A stretch of 64,000 nucleotides of DNA from Candidatus Gottesmanbacteria bacterium (GCA_903821745.1 CAIJMI010000003.1:22690-86689); one strand, 5' to 3'. Shown: positions 37,525-47,521, counted from the first letter of the stretch. Notes: a model not told the origin generated them from the letters alone. Numbers and translations are program-made.

Positions 37525-38919
37525 ATGAGTACTATAGAACCAATGCCCAAAAAAGCCAAGGAAACCATACTTACCATGCAACGCGCAGGGTACGAATGCT
37601 ATGCTGTCGGTGGGTCTGTCAGAGACACCTTAATGGGTCAGAAAACCAAAGGATGGGACTTTACCACTAACGCAACGCCTGAACAGATTCTTGCTGTATT
37701 TCCTGATAGTTTTTATGACAATCAGTTTGGTACTGTTGGAATAAAAATCTATGCAACAGAAAAAAAACATGACGAAACCGAAAAACCGATTGATATTTAC
37801 GAAATAACTACCTATCGAAGTGAAAAGGGGTATAAAGATCACCGACATCCTGATACTGTTTCCTGGGGAAAAACACTGAAGGAAGATCTCTCTCGAAGAG
37901 ACTTTTCCATTAATGCCATTGCGTGGGACGGGGAATCACTCATTGATCCCTATAATGGACAAAACGCTATTGAGAATAAACAACTTAAAACCGTTGGTAA
38001 TCCAGATGAACGATTTGCAGAAGATGCACTCCGTATGATGCGCGCAATTCGAATCGCAAGTCAGTTAGGTTTTCAAATTGAAGAAACGACAAATGCAGCA
38101 ATTTGCAACCACGCAAGTCTTTTTGATGACATTTCCAAAGAACGGGTACGGGATGAATTCCTAAAAATCCTTGTAAGCCCCTTTAGTGCTGATGGCATCA
38201 TACTTTTAAAAAATACGGGACTCCTTGCTCATATTGTTCCAGAACTTGTTCCTGCGTTTACCACGGAACAAAAAAGTCCAAACCGACATCATCTTTATGA
38301 TGTTGGTGTTCACAGTGTAAAAGCAATGGAAGCATGCCCATCGATTGACCCAATCGTTAAATTTGCAACACTTATTCATGACATTGGAAAACCCAAAACG
38401 TTTCGAAAAGATGAAACGGGGCAAATTACCTTTTATAATCATGAAGTTGCAGGAACAGCAATTGCCAGACGTGTTGTCGAACGACTACGATTTTCAAAAA
38501 AAGACAGCGAACGTATTCTTACCCTCATCAGGTGGCATCAATTTAGCGTTGATGAACGGCAAACAGATAGTGCTATCCGAAGAATCATACGAAGAGTTGG
38601 TAAAGAAAACCTGAATGATATTCTTGCGCTTCGCATTGGTGATCGTCTCGGAGGCGGAGCACTTGAAACATCCTGGAGATTGGAACTTTTTAAAAAAAGA
38701 CTTGAAGAAGTACAACAACAGCCATTTTCCGTCAAAGATTTAAAGATTAATGGAAATGATATTATGAATGTTCTTGGGGTTCGTCCGGGACCCATCATTG
38801 GAAAAACACTCAGTGATATTTTTGCTGACGTTGAAAAAGGAACACTCGTGAATGAACGAGAGACATTACTTAAAAAGATTACTTCTTTTTCTTCTGTTCC
38901 AAATAGTCCCACAAAATAA
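37525..38919 (+). CDS. cca: CCA-adding tRNA nucleotidyltransferase with HD domain
   Basis: PolB-type head GGSVRD, HD motif IHDIGK. Start moved to ATG 37525, preceded by AAGAGGAG. The upstream 21 codons in the ORF track are probably not translated. Confidence 0.8.
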   Translation: MSTIEPMPKKAKETILTMQRAGYECYAVGGSVRDTLMGQKTKGWDFTTNATPEQILAVFPDSFYDNQFGTVGIKIYATEKKHDETEKPIDIYEITTYRSEKGYKDHRHPDTVSWGKTLKEDLSRRDFSINAIAWDGESLIDPYNGQNAIENKQLKTVGNPDERFAEDALRMMRAIRIASQLGFQIEETTNAAICNHASLFDDISKERVRDEFLKILVSPFSADGIILLKNTGLLAHIVPELVPAFTTEQKSPNRHHLYDVGVHSVKAMEACPSIDPIVKFATLIHDIGKPKTFRKDETGQITFYNHEVAGTAIARRVVERLRFSKKDSERILTLIRWHQFSVDERQTDSAIRRIIRRVGKENLNDILALRIGDRLGGGALETSWRLELFKKRLEEVQQQPFSVKDLKINGNDIMNVLGVRPGPIIGKTLSDIFADVEKGTLVNERETLLKKITSFSSVPNSPTK

Positions 38920-39757
38920 CCAGCGGGGTTGCAACAAATGGTGATGAATAGGTTCCGGTAATTGTTCCAATCAAAAGTGCAACAGCAAACCATTTAATGG
39001 TTTCTCCTCCCATTAATACAAGTGCTAACAACATAAATATAATCGTAAATGAATTAATTAGTGATCTCCCCATCGTTTCATTGAGTGCAGTATCTGAGAT
39101 TTCCCGAATATTTCCTTTCATGTCTTTTTTTCGATATTCACGGATACGGTCAAAAATAACAATAGTGTCATGGACAGAAAAACTCATGGTGGTCAAAAAT
39201 GCGGTCATAAATAACGTATCTACTTCAACACCCAGAAAATGACCGAATAAAGAAAACATACCAAATACAACAAGCACATCGTGTACTAATGCAATAACTG
39301 CTGACACACCGAATTTAATATTTTTAAACGCATACGCTACATACGAAAGAATCGCAATAATTGCTAGTATTGAAGCAACAAGTGATTTAAACAGTAATTC
39401 CTGACCTAAAATGGGACCGACCGTATCCTTTCGCAAAAGTTCCGGTTCACTTCCTGCTTCTTTGGACAGTGCTGATTGAAATGCAGTAATTTTTTCATCC
39501 GTCGCATTCCCAGCACGGATGTCATAGACATTTGGTCCGACACTTTGTACTGACATGAGTGGAAACTGTTCTTGGTTTCCAATTGTTTCAATTGTTGAAA
39601 CAGATATATTTTTTGCAAATTTCATTTCAAGCAAGGTTCCTCCAGTAAAATCTACTGATGGACGAAGACCAAATCGCACCAACGAATATATTCCTGGCAC
39701 TAATACCATGGCTGATATTAATACATATATCCAAATATATTTTGAGAAACGAATCAT
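38879..39757 (-). CDS. secF: Protein translocase subunit SecF
   Basis: 292 aa polytopic, SecF signature. Overlaps the secD stop by 4 nt. Confidence 0.9.
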   Translation of the reverse strand: MIRFSKYIWIYVLISAMVLVPGIYSLVRFGLRPSVDFTGGTLLEMKFAKNISVSTIETIGNQEQFPLMSVQSVGPNVYDIRAGNATDEKITAFQSALSKEAGSEPELLRKDTVGPILGQELLFKSLVASILAIIAILSYVAYAFKNIKFGVSAVIALVHDVLVVFGMFSLFGHFLGVEVDTLFMTAFLTTMSFSVHDTIVIFDRIREYRKKDMKGNIREISDTALNETMGRSLINSFTIIFMLLALVLMGGETIKWFAVALLIGTITGTYSSPFVATPLVILWDYLEQKKKK

Positions 39758-41139
39758 GCGTTCTCCCCTTTCTTTCCTCGTGGCCCCTTATACAAAACGC
39801 GAATAAATGTTCTCGTAACGACGATACCGGTAAATAAACTTGTCACAACTCCAATAAATAATGTCGCTGCAAACCCACGAACTAATCCAGATGTTGGAAG
39901 AAATGTCCAATTCCCAGGATTAAATAAAATTATTGATGTAATAATCGTTGTAAAATTTGCGTCTCTGATACTATCCCAAGCCTTTCCAAATCCAAGCTCC
40001 ATTGCAATTTGCCATGGTTTTCCTTTACGAAGCTCTTCTTTGTATCTGGAAAAAATTAGAATATTACTATCAACTGCCATTCCAATAGATAAAATAAATC
40101 CTGCAATTCCAGGAAGTGTTAATGTCACAGGAATAATTCTGTATAAGGCAAGCGTAATAAGCCCATACATAATAAGAGCAAAGTCCGCTAATAATCCCAA
40201 CACTCCGTATTCAACGATCATAAACACTGCAACAATGCCAAGCCCAATGACTCCCGCTCGCGTACTCTTTAATACTGATTCTGCACCAAGCGTTGCACCA
40301 ATTGTTCGCTTCTCCACAACTTTTACCGGAACAGGTAACGCTCCGGCGTTAAGCTGAATCGCAAGTTGTTTAGCACTATCAACGGTAAAGCTTCCCGTGA
40401 TAACTGCCTGACCATCAGTAATTTCTGTACTTACTTTTGGCGCTGTTACGATGACGTCATCCAAAAATATGGCCAGTGGTTTCCCAATCAGCCGTTTTGT
40501 GACATCTGCAAATTTTTTCGCTCCTTCCGGCGTAAATAGAATTTCAACTTCTGGTTCACCTGATTGTGAATTAAACTGTAAACTGGATTTCTTTAAATCT
40601 TTCCCTGAAACCCCGACGGGTTTTGTATTTTCGAGTGTTGGCATAAAATAGGCTGCTGATGTTGCTACTTGTGCTTCTTCTATTATTTCACGAAACTCCA
40701 AGTTCGCAGTTTGTCCAACGAGTGCAAGTGCCTCCTCAGTATTTGTAATACCTGGAAGTTCGACAAGTATTCTATACGTATCACCACTTACTGCTGATTG
40801 AACGACTGGTTCTGATACACCAAAGAAATTTACTCTCCGTTCGATTACCTGTTTTGCAGATTCCAGTGAATCCAGTCGGTCTGCCGCTGCAATTCCGGTC
40901 ATGTCTGCTTCCAGCGATACTTGCGTCCCCCCTGCAAGATCCAAACCTAAATGCGTCGTAAAATCTTTTTTGATTTTCATCCCAAATATCTGGGTATCGA
41001 TTGTTGGAGGATTTAACGTAATTACTTGTTTCGTTGTGCCAAAAGGAATCGCAATCTTGGTGTTTTGTGGGATCACAATTACCCCAAGAATAAGGGCTAA
41101 TACAAGAAGAAGCACAAACGTTCTTTTTGTGTGTTTCAT
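39754..41139 (-). CDS. secD: Protein translocase subunit SecD
   Basis: 461 aa with an N-terminal TM, a periplasmic domain and a C-terminal 6-TM bundle. Confidence 0.9.
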   Translation of the reverse strand: MKHTKRTFVLLLVLALILGVIVIPQNTKIAIPFGTTKQVITLNPPTIDTQIFGMKIKKDFTTHLGLDLAGGTQVSLEADMTGIAAADRLDSLESAKQVIERRVNFFGVSEPVVQSAVSGDTYRILVELPGITNTEEALALVGQTANLEFREIIEEAQVATSAAYFMPTLENTKPVGVSGKDLKKSSLQFNSQSGEPEVEILFTPEGAKKFADVTKRLIGKPLAIFLDDVIVTAPKVSTEITDGQAVITGSFTVDSAKQLAIQLNAGALPVPVKVVEKRTIGATLGAESVLKSTRAGVIGLGIVAVFMIVEYGVLGLLADFALIMYGLITLALYRIIPVTLTLPGIAGFILSIGMAVDSNILIFSRYKEELRKGKPWQIAMELGFGKAWDSIRDANFTTIITSIILFNPGNWTFLPTSGLVRGFAATLFIGVVTSLFTGIVVTRTFIRVLYKGPRGKKGENA

Positions 41140-41154
41140 ATAAATGAAAAGAAT

Positions 41155-41736
41155 CTATTCAACAAGCTCTTCCTCGTCACCAACAAGCATGATACGAGAC
41201 CCTGAAAGCACTGTAAGTACAAACGGATCGCGACGGCGTTTTCTGAATGTAAATTCTTCTTCTGACATAACGGTATAATTTAGTTCCCTCTCTCTTCGTA
41301 CTTCTTCAGCTTTCACCAGCTGTGATAATTCAGGAATGACGACGTTACCAACAATTAAAAGATCAACATCTGTTGAACTTTTCCGCTGTAATCCTCGTAC
41401 ATACCTTCCTGACATCATAACAAATTTTAGTTTTCCGAGTTTCGCCTTATGTTTTAAAATATCAAATCCAAGACCAGATGTCTTTGCTACCAATTCCAAA
41501 AGTTCAAAATAGAGCGGGTAGTCTTTCCGAAATCCATAAAATAGTCTATTTGCACGTTGCTCTTTTGAAAGCATCCCTGCTTCTTCCATATGGGAAAGCT
41601 CTCGTCTCACCGCATTAATTTCTTCACCTATTTTTCGCACAATATCACGAACATGAAAAATCGCTCCCGGGTGACTCAAAAACAGCTGTAACATCTTCAC
41701 CCGGACTCTAGAGATGATAATATCTTCAAGCAACAT
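41155..41736 (-). CDS. Winged-HTH regulator fused to a minimal nucleotidyltransferase-like domain
   Basis: 193 aa. N-terminal ArsR/MarR-like HTH. C-terminal half has the G[ST]-x(9-13)-DhD NTase signature (MMSGRYVRG...DVDLLIVG). Confidence 0.5.
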   Translation of the reverse strand: MLLEDIIISRVRVKMLQLFLSHPGAIFHVRDIVRKIGEEINAVRRELSHMEEAGMLSKEQRANRLFYGFRKDYPLYFELLELVAKTSGLGFDILKHKAKLGKLKFVMMSGRYVRGLQRKSSTDVDLLIVGNVVIPELSQLVKAEEVRRERELNYTVMSEEEFTFRKRRRDPFVLTVLSGSRIMLVGDEEELVE

Positions 41737-41760
41737 ATTTCATCTTTCCGGGCAGGAACA

Positions 41761-42942
41761 TTAATATGTTACCGATGTGCCGATCGGCAACATTTCAATC
41801 CAAATTTGTCCTTTGTCAAATTGTATTTCTTTTTTTGATTCATCAAAAAATGTTGTTCTCGCCGACCGATCAAGCTTCGTCCATGTAATTTTTGATGCTT
41901 TTCCATCAACAAACAGAAGTCCTGTGCCTGACCCGATGTTGGCATATAAAAGATGCATATGATCATCAACCGGTCCTGTTTCTTTTGCAAACATGACAAC
42001 AACTGTTTTTGCTTTTAATTGTTCTCCTGTTTCCAAGTCAAGATGTGCAACTCCACCATTTTCCCGGGCATACATGTTTTCTGTCTTGTTATATACCCAT
42101 TTCACTCCGTAGTCTTTTTCATACCCTTTCCAGGCTACAAAACTAATACTGGTAGCATCACCTCGCTCTGCTTCTTTTGCATCATCTTTAAATTTCCATG
42201 GAACAAAATTTTTATCCCACGCTATGCCTTTACTATCAACATTGGTCCATCCCCGCGTTGCAGCCAATGTTTCAAGCTTGTCTGACTGACAGACCATTGT
42301 GTGTTCTGTTGCAACTTCATGGTCTAGCCGGTCATAGTTTCGATAACAGGTTGGAAAAGAAATACCAAATTGATCCATATCTTTAATTCCCCAGGTATCA
42401 ATTTGGCAGAGTGCTTTTGCGCGTTCGTCCACTGTGTCATCATCGCAATTTCCTGCACCACCAACATGGTTATATAGCGCATCGTACTCAAGTACCCATG
42501 GTAAAAAATACGTGCGAGCACTTCGTACTGGTGCAAGATTCACTCCTTCAGCAGCGATACCGCAATAAAAAACTCCCATAAATCGAGAAATTCCACCTTC
42601 CGCAACTGCTTCATAGACAATATCAGCATAAGAAAGACCAGATTGCGGACGGGATTCCTGATGATTTTCTATCATCACTGCAAGAGGACGTCGTTTTTCC
42701 CATACCGCCTTTTCCTGTTTGGTATACAGCTGACCATTTAATGGACACGCTTCTGTTCGAGGAATAGACGGATCAATTGCAAAATGTTTCTGTGTTTTTC
42801 CTGTTGTACTTACTTGCAATGTTGTCTTTTGATTTGCTGATTTTGTCCCAACTGCATTAAATATTGCTGCAGATACACCTGTGGAAATTAAGTACAATGC
42901 AATTGCAATAATGCCAGAAACGAGCAGATTTTGTTTTTTCAT
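41761..42942 (-). CDS. DUF3048-family (YerB-like) secreted/lipoprotein
   Basis: 393 aa with a signal anchor. LAVMIENH, RPQSGL, ADIVYEAVAEGGISRF resemble the YerB/DUF3048 signatures, from memory. Confidence 0.6.
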   Translation of the reverse strand: MKKQNLLVSGIIAIALYLISTGVSAAIFNAVGTKSANQKTTLQVSTTGKTQKHFAIDPSIPRTEACPLNGQLYTKQEKAVWEKRRPLAVMIENHQESRPQSGLSYADIVYEAVAEGGISRFMGVFYCGIAAEGVNLAPVRSARTYFLPWVLEYDALYNHVGGAGNCDDDTVDERAKALCQIDTWGIKDMDQFGISFPTCYRNYDRLDHEVATEHTMVCQSDKLETLAATRGWTNVDSKGIAWDKNFVPWKFKDDAKEAERGDATSISFVAWKGYEKDYGVKWVYNKTENMYARENGGVAHLDLETGEQLKAKTVVVMFAKETGPVDDHMHLLYANIGSGTGLLFVDGKASKITWTKLDRSARTTFFDESKKEIQFDKGQIWIEMLPIGTSVTY

Positions 42943-42972
42943 AGCCTTTCGTTTTCCTCCTTACGACGAAAA

Positions 42973-43455
42973 TTATATCGGTCGTGCTTTTTTTATAGCT
43001 GACTCTTCTTCTTTGGAGAGTTCAACGTCTTCACACAATCCCGCTTTTATATGTTTAATATACCACCGATTACCTGTTCTCGCATAGAGCGAGGTCATAA
43101 TAATACCATTATCTTTTCCGTCTAAAATGGCGATGGTAAAACTTTGACTTCCCCCTGTATCAGAAAATGGATTAAATCGTACAACACCAACGCGCTGTAA
43201 GTGTAACTTCCCGTCAGCCTCTACATATCGAATTGCTTTTTGAAGTGTTTCAATATCTTTTGTGGTTGCTTCTTGCTTTTGTAACATAGAAGACAATACA
43301 GCCTGCATTGTTTTTGACGACACACCTGAAGTTAGCTTGTTATAGTGAGATACTGTCCGCAAAAGAAGGACCGTTAATACTCCTAACCAAACAATTAAAA
43401 CCGCTGCGATACCAACAAAAATATTCATCCGTTGAACACCTTTCGTATCCATCAT
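42973..43455 (-). CDS. DUF4446-like single-TM protein
   Basis: 160 aa with an N-terminal TM. RFNPFSDTGGSQSF...AILD...NG resembles DUF4446, from memory. Confidence 0.5.
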   Translation of the reverse strand: MMDTKGVQRMNIFVGIAAVLIVWLGVLTVLLLRTVSHYNKLTSGVSSKTMQAVLSSMLQKQEATTKDIETLQKAIRYVEADGKLHLQRVGVVRFNPFSDTGGSQSFTIAILDGKDNGIIMTSLYARTGNRWYIKHIKAGLCEDVELSKEEESAIKKARPI

Positions 43456-43565
43456 AGTAGTATGGAAGCTGCACTATTGTCAACTTGGGAAAAGCAGTCC
43501 ACATCATCAAGATGTTGACAATGCTCTCGAAGCTGTGTTACGCTCAACGCTAGCTTCAAATACCT

Positions 43566-43847
43566 ATGCCAAAAAAAACTAAAAAGGCTAAGTTAATTGC
43601 AGAGTATAGAAGAAAACTCCAACGTCTGGATATTGTTCCTGACGTCATACAAAAAGAAACAACGCAATCCCCGCAGCACTCAATGTTTACATTGCCCGTA
43701 TCAACGCCCATTCTTACGACTTCCACCACAATACTTTCCCTTCCTGAAGAAGAGTCACATGCCATTAAAAAAGACCTTGTTAAAACAGTGATTATTGTTA
43801 CGCTTTTTATCGTTTTTGAACTTTTTTTGTCAAAAATATTACATTAA
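43566..43847 (+). CDS. Small basic protein with C-terminal TM helix, hypothetical
   Basis: 93 aa ORF in an otherwise gene-free stretch. Lys-rich N-terminus and a hydrophobic C-terminus. Confidence 0.3.
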   Translation: MPKKTKKAKLIAEYRRKLQRLDIVPDVIQKETTQSPQHSMFTLPVSTPILTTSTTILSLPEEESHAIKKDLVKTVIIVTLFIVFELFLSKILH

Positions 43848-43880
43848 TTCGCAATAATTGAAGGGAGGTGAATACCTAGT

Positions 43881-44021
43881 ATGACAACAATGTATTGTGT
43901 AAAATGTCGAGCAAAGAAAGATGATCCAGCAGCAGTAAAAGTCACATTGAAAAACGGAAAACCAGCAATGAAAGGCAAATGCCCAACATGCGGAACCGGA
44001 ATGTTCAAAATTGGTGGCTAA
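43881..44021 (+). CDS. 46-aa zinc-ribbon protein (DUF5679-like)
   Basis: MTTMYCVKCRAKKDDPAAVKVTLKNGKPAMKGKCPTCGTGMFKIGG. Preceded by AAGGGAGGTG 10 nt upstream and followed by a strong terminator. Too short for the ORF track. Confidence 0.65.
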   Translation: MTTMYCVKCRAKKDDPAAVKVTLKNGKPAMKGKCPTCGTGMFKIGG

Positions 44022-44048
44022 GAATTTTTTACGTAAGAATTTCTGCCT

Positions 44049-44081
44049 AAACCCCTCGTTAGGAATAATGAGGGGTTTTTC
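44049..44081 (+). terminator. Rho-independent terminator
   Basis: aaaCCCCTCgttaggaataatGAGGGGttttt: 6-9 bp GC stem followed by a U-run. Confidence 0.6.
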
Positions 44082-44098
44082 GTGTGATATACTACGTG

Positions 44099-44460
44099 GT
44101 ACGCGCTGGAACAATGGATCTTTAGAGTAGCAATACTCAGGAAAGTCCAGACAGCAGAATGTGAGGGGACTCCGCGTAAGCGGTGATCCGTCTGGCTTTG
44201 CCAGACGAGACTGGTGTCTTATCTTTGAAAAAAGATAGGAACGATTCCTGAATTGACAGGATGAGAGAGCCACAGAGACGAGTGTATATCTACCATGTCG
44301 CAAGACACATGACATACAAGTGAAACGTTGGCAATCCCACTCGCTGCAACCGACGACCGATCCGTTACGAGCACACATTCGCCAGGATCAAAGTATGCGG
44401 GCATTAGAGAAATGAAGATCTTCAACGACAGAATCTGGCTTACAGTTGTTTCAGCGCGTA
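44099..44460 (+). ncRNA. rnpB: RNase P RNA (bacterial)
   Basis: P1 pairing between tACGCGCTGGAACAA (44099-44114) and TTGTTTCAGCGCGta (44446-44460). P4 5' strand cucAGGAAAGUCCAGAcag matches the E. coli M1 sequence AGGAAAGUCCGGG. 3' region ACGACAGAAUCUGGCUUACAG matches ACGACAGAACCCGGCUUA of M1 RNA, with CCAGA/UCUGG covarying against CCGGG/CCCGG. GC-rich relative to flanks. About 360 nt. Confidence 0.82.
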
Positions 44461-44467
44461 TAAAAAA

Positions 44468-45466
44468 TTACTTCGTATTTTTTCCATCAGCGGTGATGGC
44501 AACCAATAACTCCTGAACAATAAGAAGCACGGGTATTGCAAGAACTGCTCCTGCAATTCCTGCAAGTTTTCCCCCAACAAGCAAAGAAAATATAGTAATG
44601 ATGGGAGACAAACCGACACTTTTTTTCATTACAAGTGGAACAATTAAATTATTTTCAAGTTGATGAATAACAATGTATAGAATGACGACGCTTAACGCCA
44701 TGATCGGAGAAATAGAAAAAGCAATTAACATTGCAGGAATGGCTGAAATAATAGGCCCAATATTTGGAACAATTTCAAAAAGTCCCGCTATGATTGCCAG
44801 TGGTAATGCAAATTTTATTCCCAGTAGTAATAACCCAATATAGGAAAATAATCCGATAACAAACATAAGAAATAATTGTCCCATCATCCAGGATCCAAGT
44901 TTTCCTTCAATACGTTCAACCACATCAATAAATGTTTTTGCTTTTTCCTCACCTACAAATCCGGCAACAATTGCGTCTGCGTGTTTTCGTTCCAACAGGA
45001 GATAAAAAGATATAACTAACACCATTAATATCGAAATAATATTTGAAAAAATGCCAATAGTGACTTTTACAAGGTTTTCGCCAATAGGTGCCAGTTGTTG
45101 AGAAAACGAATTTAAATCAATATTCAAATTTGGGAGCACTCGAGAAATAACTGAGGGGAAATCTTGAACAAAACCTGTTGTTTGCGAAACAAGTGTTGGA
45201 ATTGTACCACCGATAGAAAATCCAATTAAGCCAAACACTACAATATACACAAGTATTGCTGCAAGAAACCGTGGAATTCTTTTTTTTACCATCCAGTCAA
45301 CAATCGGCCGAAGGGTCGACATAATAATGAATGCAACAAAGACGAGAAATAAAATATCCCGAATTTGTAATACCAACCAAATGGACGCAAGAAGAACAAG
45401 CGTAAAAATAATGGTTTTGTGAGAAATTTCTATCTTCGATACCATATCTACAAACGAGTATACCAT
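44468..45466 (-). CDS. AI-2E family transporter (PerM/YhhT-like permease)
   Basis: 332 aa, 8 predicted TM helices and a family-typical loop. Confidence 0.78.
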   Translation of the reverse strand: MVYSFVDMVSKIEISHKTIIFTLVLLASIWLVLQIRDILFLVFVAFIIMSTLRPIVDWMVKKRIPRFLAAILVYIVVFGLIGFSIGGTIPTLVSQTTGFVQDFPSVISRVLPNLNIDLNSFSQQLAPIGENLVKVTIGIFSNIISILMVLVISFYLLLERKHADAIVAGFVGEEKAKTFIDVVERIEGKLGSWMMGQLFLMFVIGLFSYIGLLLLGIKFALPLAIIAGLFEIVPNIGPIISAIPAMLIAFSISPIMALSVVILYIVIHQLENNLIVPLVMKKSVGLSPIITIFSLLVGGKLAGIAGAVLAIPVLLIVQELLVAITADGKNTK

Positions 45467-46347
45467 GAAGTAACAACTGACTCTATTTCTTTGGCCACAT
45501 CGTGCTTTGTAACATCAAACCAGTGAATCGTCTTATCAGCTCGAAACCAGGTCATTTGTCTCCTGGCATATCCGTGTTCATCAAATTTCCAACGTTCTAT
45601 GGTTTCTTCTTTGGTTTGTGTTCCATCAAAATACTGCTTCCATTGACGATATCCCAAACCGCTCATCGCTGGCAAGCTCCAGGTATATCCGTTCTTAAGT
45701 AATTTATTTATTTCCTCTTCAACTCCTTCTTCAACCCGCTTCATAACACGGTCATCAATTCGTTTATAAAGCAATGCCATGTTCAGTTGTAATCCGATTT
45801 GACATACATTATATACAGACTGTTTGTGTTGCATTTCTTGTTTTTTTCCTTCAGCAATTTCAATTTTTCGAATCAATCGGCGTGGATTTTGTCTATCTGA
45901 TTGATTCATTTCCTCCCAATAGGACTTGCTCACTTCTTGTAATTTTTTCTGCAATTCTTCCTTTGAATAGGATGAAAAACGTGCACGAAGTTCTATATTT
46001 GGCTCAACCGTCACCGTAAATGGATAAATAAGTGATGTAATGTACAGTCCCGTTCCTCCAACGATAATCGGTAGTTTCCCTCGTTTTTCTATGTCTTCGA
46101 TTGCCTGTGTGGCTAATTGTCGGTATTTGGAAACATTAAACGCTTCATCAGGATTTACAAGATCATACATCCAAATAGGTATTCCATGAAGCGAATCCCT
46201 GTCTTTTCCCGTTCCAATATCCATACCGCAATATACTTGACGAGAATCAGCGGAAATAAGTTCTCCATTCAGTTGTTTTGCAAATTTAACTGCGAGTGCA
46301 GTTTTTCCTGTTGCTGTTGGTCCACAAATGACAAGCAATTTATTCAT
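45448..46347 (-). CDS. miaA: tRNA dimethylallyltransferase MiaA
   Basis: P-loop ICGPTATGKTALA ... SADSRQVYCGMDIGT. Start set at ATG 46347 (MNKLLV). The ORF track continues a further 84 codons upstream into miaB without homology. Confidence 0.85.
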   Translation of the reverse strand: MNKLLVICGPTATGKTALAVKFAKQLNGELISADSRQVYCGMDIGTGKDRDSLHGIPIWMYDLVNPDEAFNVSKYRQLATQAIEDIEKRGKLPIIVGGTGLYITSLIYPFTVTVEPNIELRARFSSYSKEELQKKLQEVSKSYWEEMNQSDRQNPRRLIRKIEIAEGKKQEMQHKQSVYNVCQIGLQLNMALLYKRIDDRVMKRVEEGVEEEINKLLKNGYTWSLPAMSGLGYRQWKQYFDGTQTKEETIERWKFDEHGYARRQMTWFRADKTIHWFDVTKHDVAKEIESVVTSWYTRL

Positions 46348-47497
46348 ATAATGGATACATTCCTTTCCGAAGATTCGTTTTATTAATTCGTTCATCCAAA
46401 AATTCCCATCGCCTCTTCTTTTCTTCATACAAAATCGGGTCTCCCATTTTGTTATGCGCAAGCGTTGCAGGCCGATCCGAATACATCGAGATATATGCTT
46501 TTGCAAATCCGACGTCTTTACATAGTGATACCGTATGTTCAAACTGTTTTTTTGTTTCCCCGGGAAATCCAACGATAATATCTGTTGAAAAAATAACATC
46601 TGGAACTGCTGAACGAATTTTACGAACCAACTTTTTATAGGCAGCAGGTGTGTACCAACGGTTCATTCGTTTTAATATCATTGCATCACCCGACTGCACC
46701 GGTAAATGAATCAGCCGCTTAATATTTTTATATTTTGCTATTACTTCAATCAACTCATCAGAAAAATCCCAGGGATTACTGGAAATGAAATCAATTGCTG
46801 TGAGTCCTGGAATTTGTGCAACTTGAGAAAGCAAATATGGAAAGAGTGTTGGAATCCGCATTTTTCCTAAATGTTTCACAAATACCGGCGAAATTCGATC
46901 TCCGTGAGCATCAAACGCCTTCTTTTCTTTCACAAGATCCGATCCGTAGGAGTTCACATTTTGTCCAATAAGTGTCACCTCTGTATACCCCTCACGAGCA
47001 GCATCCACACATTCAGAAAGTATATTTTCAAGTGGTCGACTTTTTTCAGGACCTCTTGCAAAAGGAACAACACAATACGAACAAAAATTATTACACCCAT
47101 TACTAATAAGAATGAGTGCATGTTTTTTGTCACCTCTAAGTTGCGTATTTGAAAAACCGACTTCTTCAATGGGGAGAAATTCATCAACCATGGGATATCG
47201 CCTCTTCAATTGGGTAAGCATTTTGCCTGTGTAATCCCGAAGAGCCATACCGCTCATGCATCCGGTAATAATAATTTTTATTTTTTTCCCCTTTTCTTTT
47301 TGCAATCCTAAATTTCGAAGTAATCCCGTCACTCGATCCTCTGCTGATTGCCGAATCATACAGGTAACAATAATAACGTCATTTGCAGTATGTATATCTT
47401 TTGCAGGTGTCCATCCACGAGCAGCGTATGACGCGGCAATTCGTTCGCTTTCTGCCACATTTGCCGCACAACCAAAGATTTGAATGAAGTATTTCAT
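46340..47497 (-). CDS. miaB: Radical-SAM methylthiotransferase, MiaB-like
   Basis: 385 aa. UPF0004 N-domain with three Cys, radical-SAM CNNFCSYC. No recognisable C-terminal TRAM domain. Immediately upstream of miaA. Confidence 0.78.
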   Translation of the reverse strand: MKYFIQIFGCAANVAESERIAASYAARGWTPAKDIHTANDVIIVTCMIRQSAEDRVTGLLRNLGLQKEKGKKIKIIITGCMSGMALRDYTGKMLTQLKRRYPMVDEFLPIEEVGFSNTQLRGDKKHALILISNGCNNFCSYCVVPFARGPEKSRPLENILSECVDAAREGYTEVTLIGQNVNSYGSDLVKEKKAFDAHGDRISPVFVKHLGKMRIPTLFPYLLSQVAQIPGLTAIDFISSNPWDFSDELIEVIAKYKNIKRLIHLPVQSGDAMILKRMNRWYTPAAYKKLVRKIRSAVPDVIFSTDIIVGFPGETKKQFEHTVSLCKDVGFAKAYISMYSDRPATLAHNKMGDPILYEEKKRRWEFLDERINKTNLRKGMYPLYE

Positions 47498-47521
47498 GAA
47501 GACGATTGTAGCAGAATTACC

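Noticed and set aside
43839-44516. ORF-track ORFs of 179, 68 and 62 aa (43839-44378 minus, 44219-44425 minus, 44328-44516 plus)
   Set aside because: They lie on top of the RNase P RNA gene. Their Cys/Ser/Arg-rich translations are typical of GC-rich structured RNA read as protein. No SD sequences.
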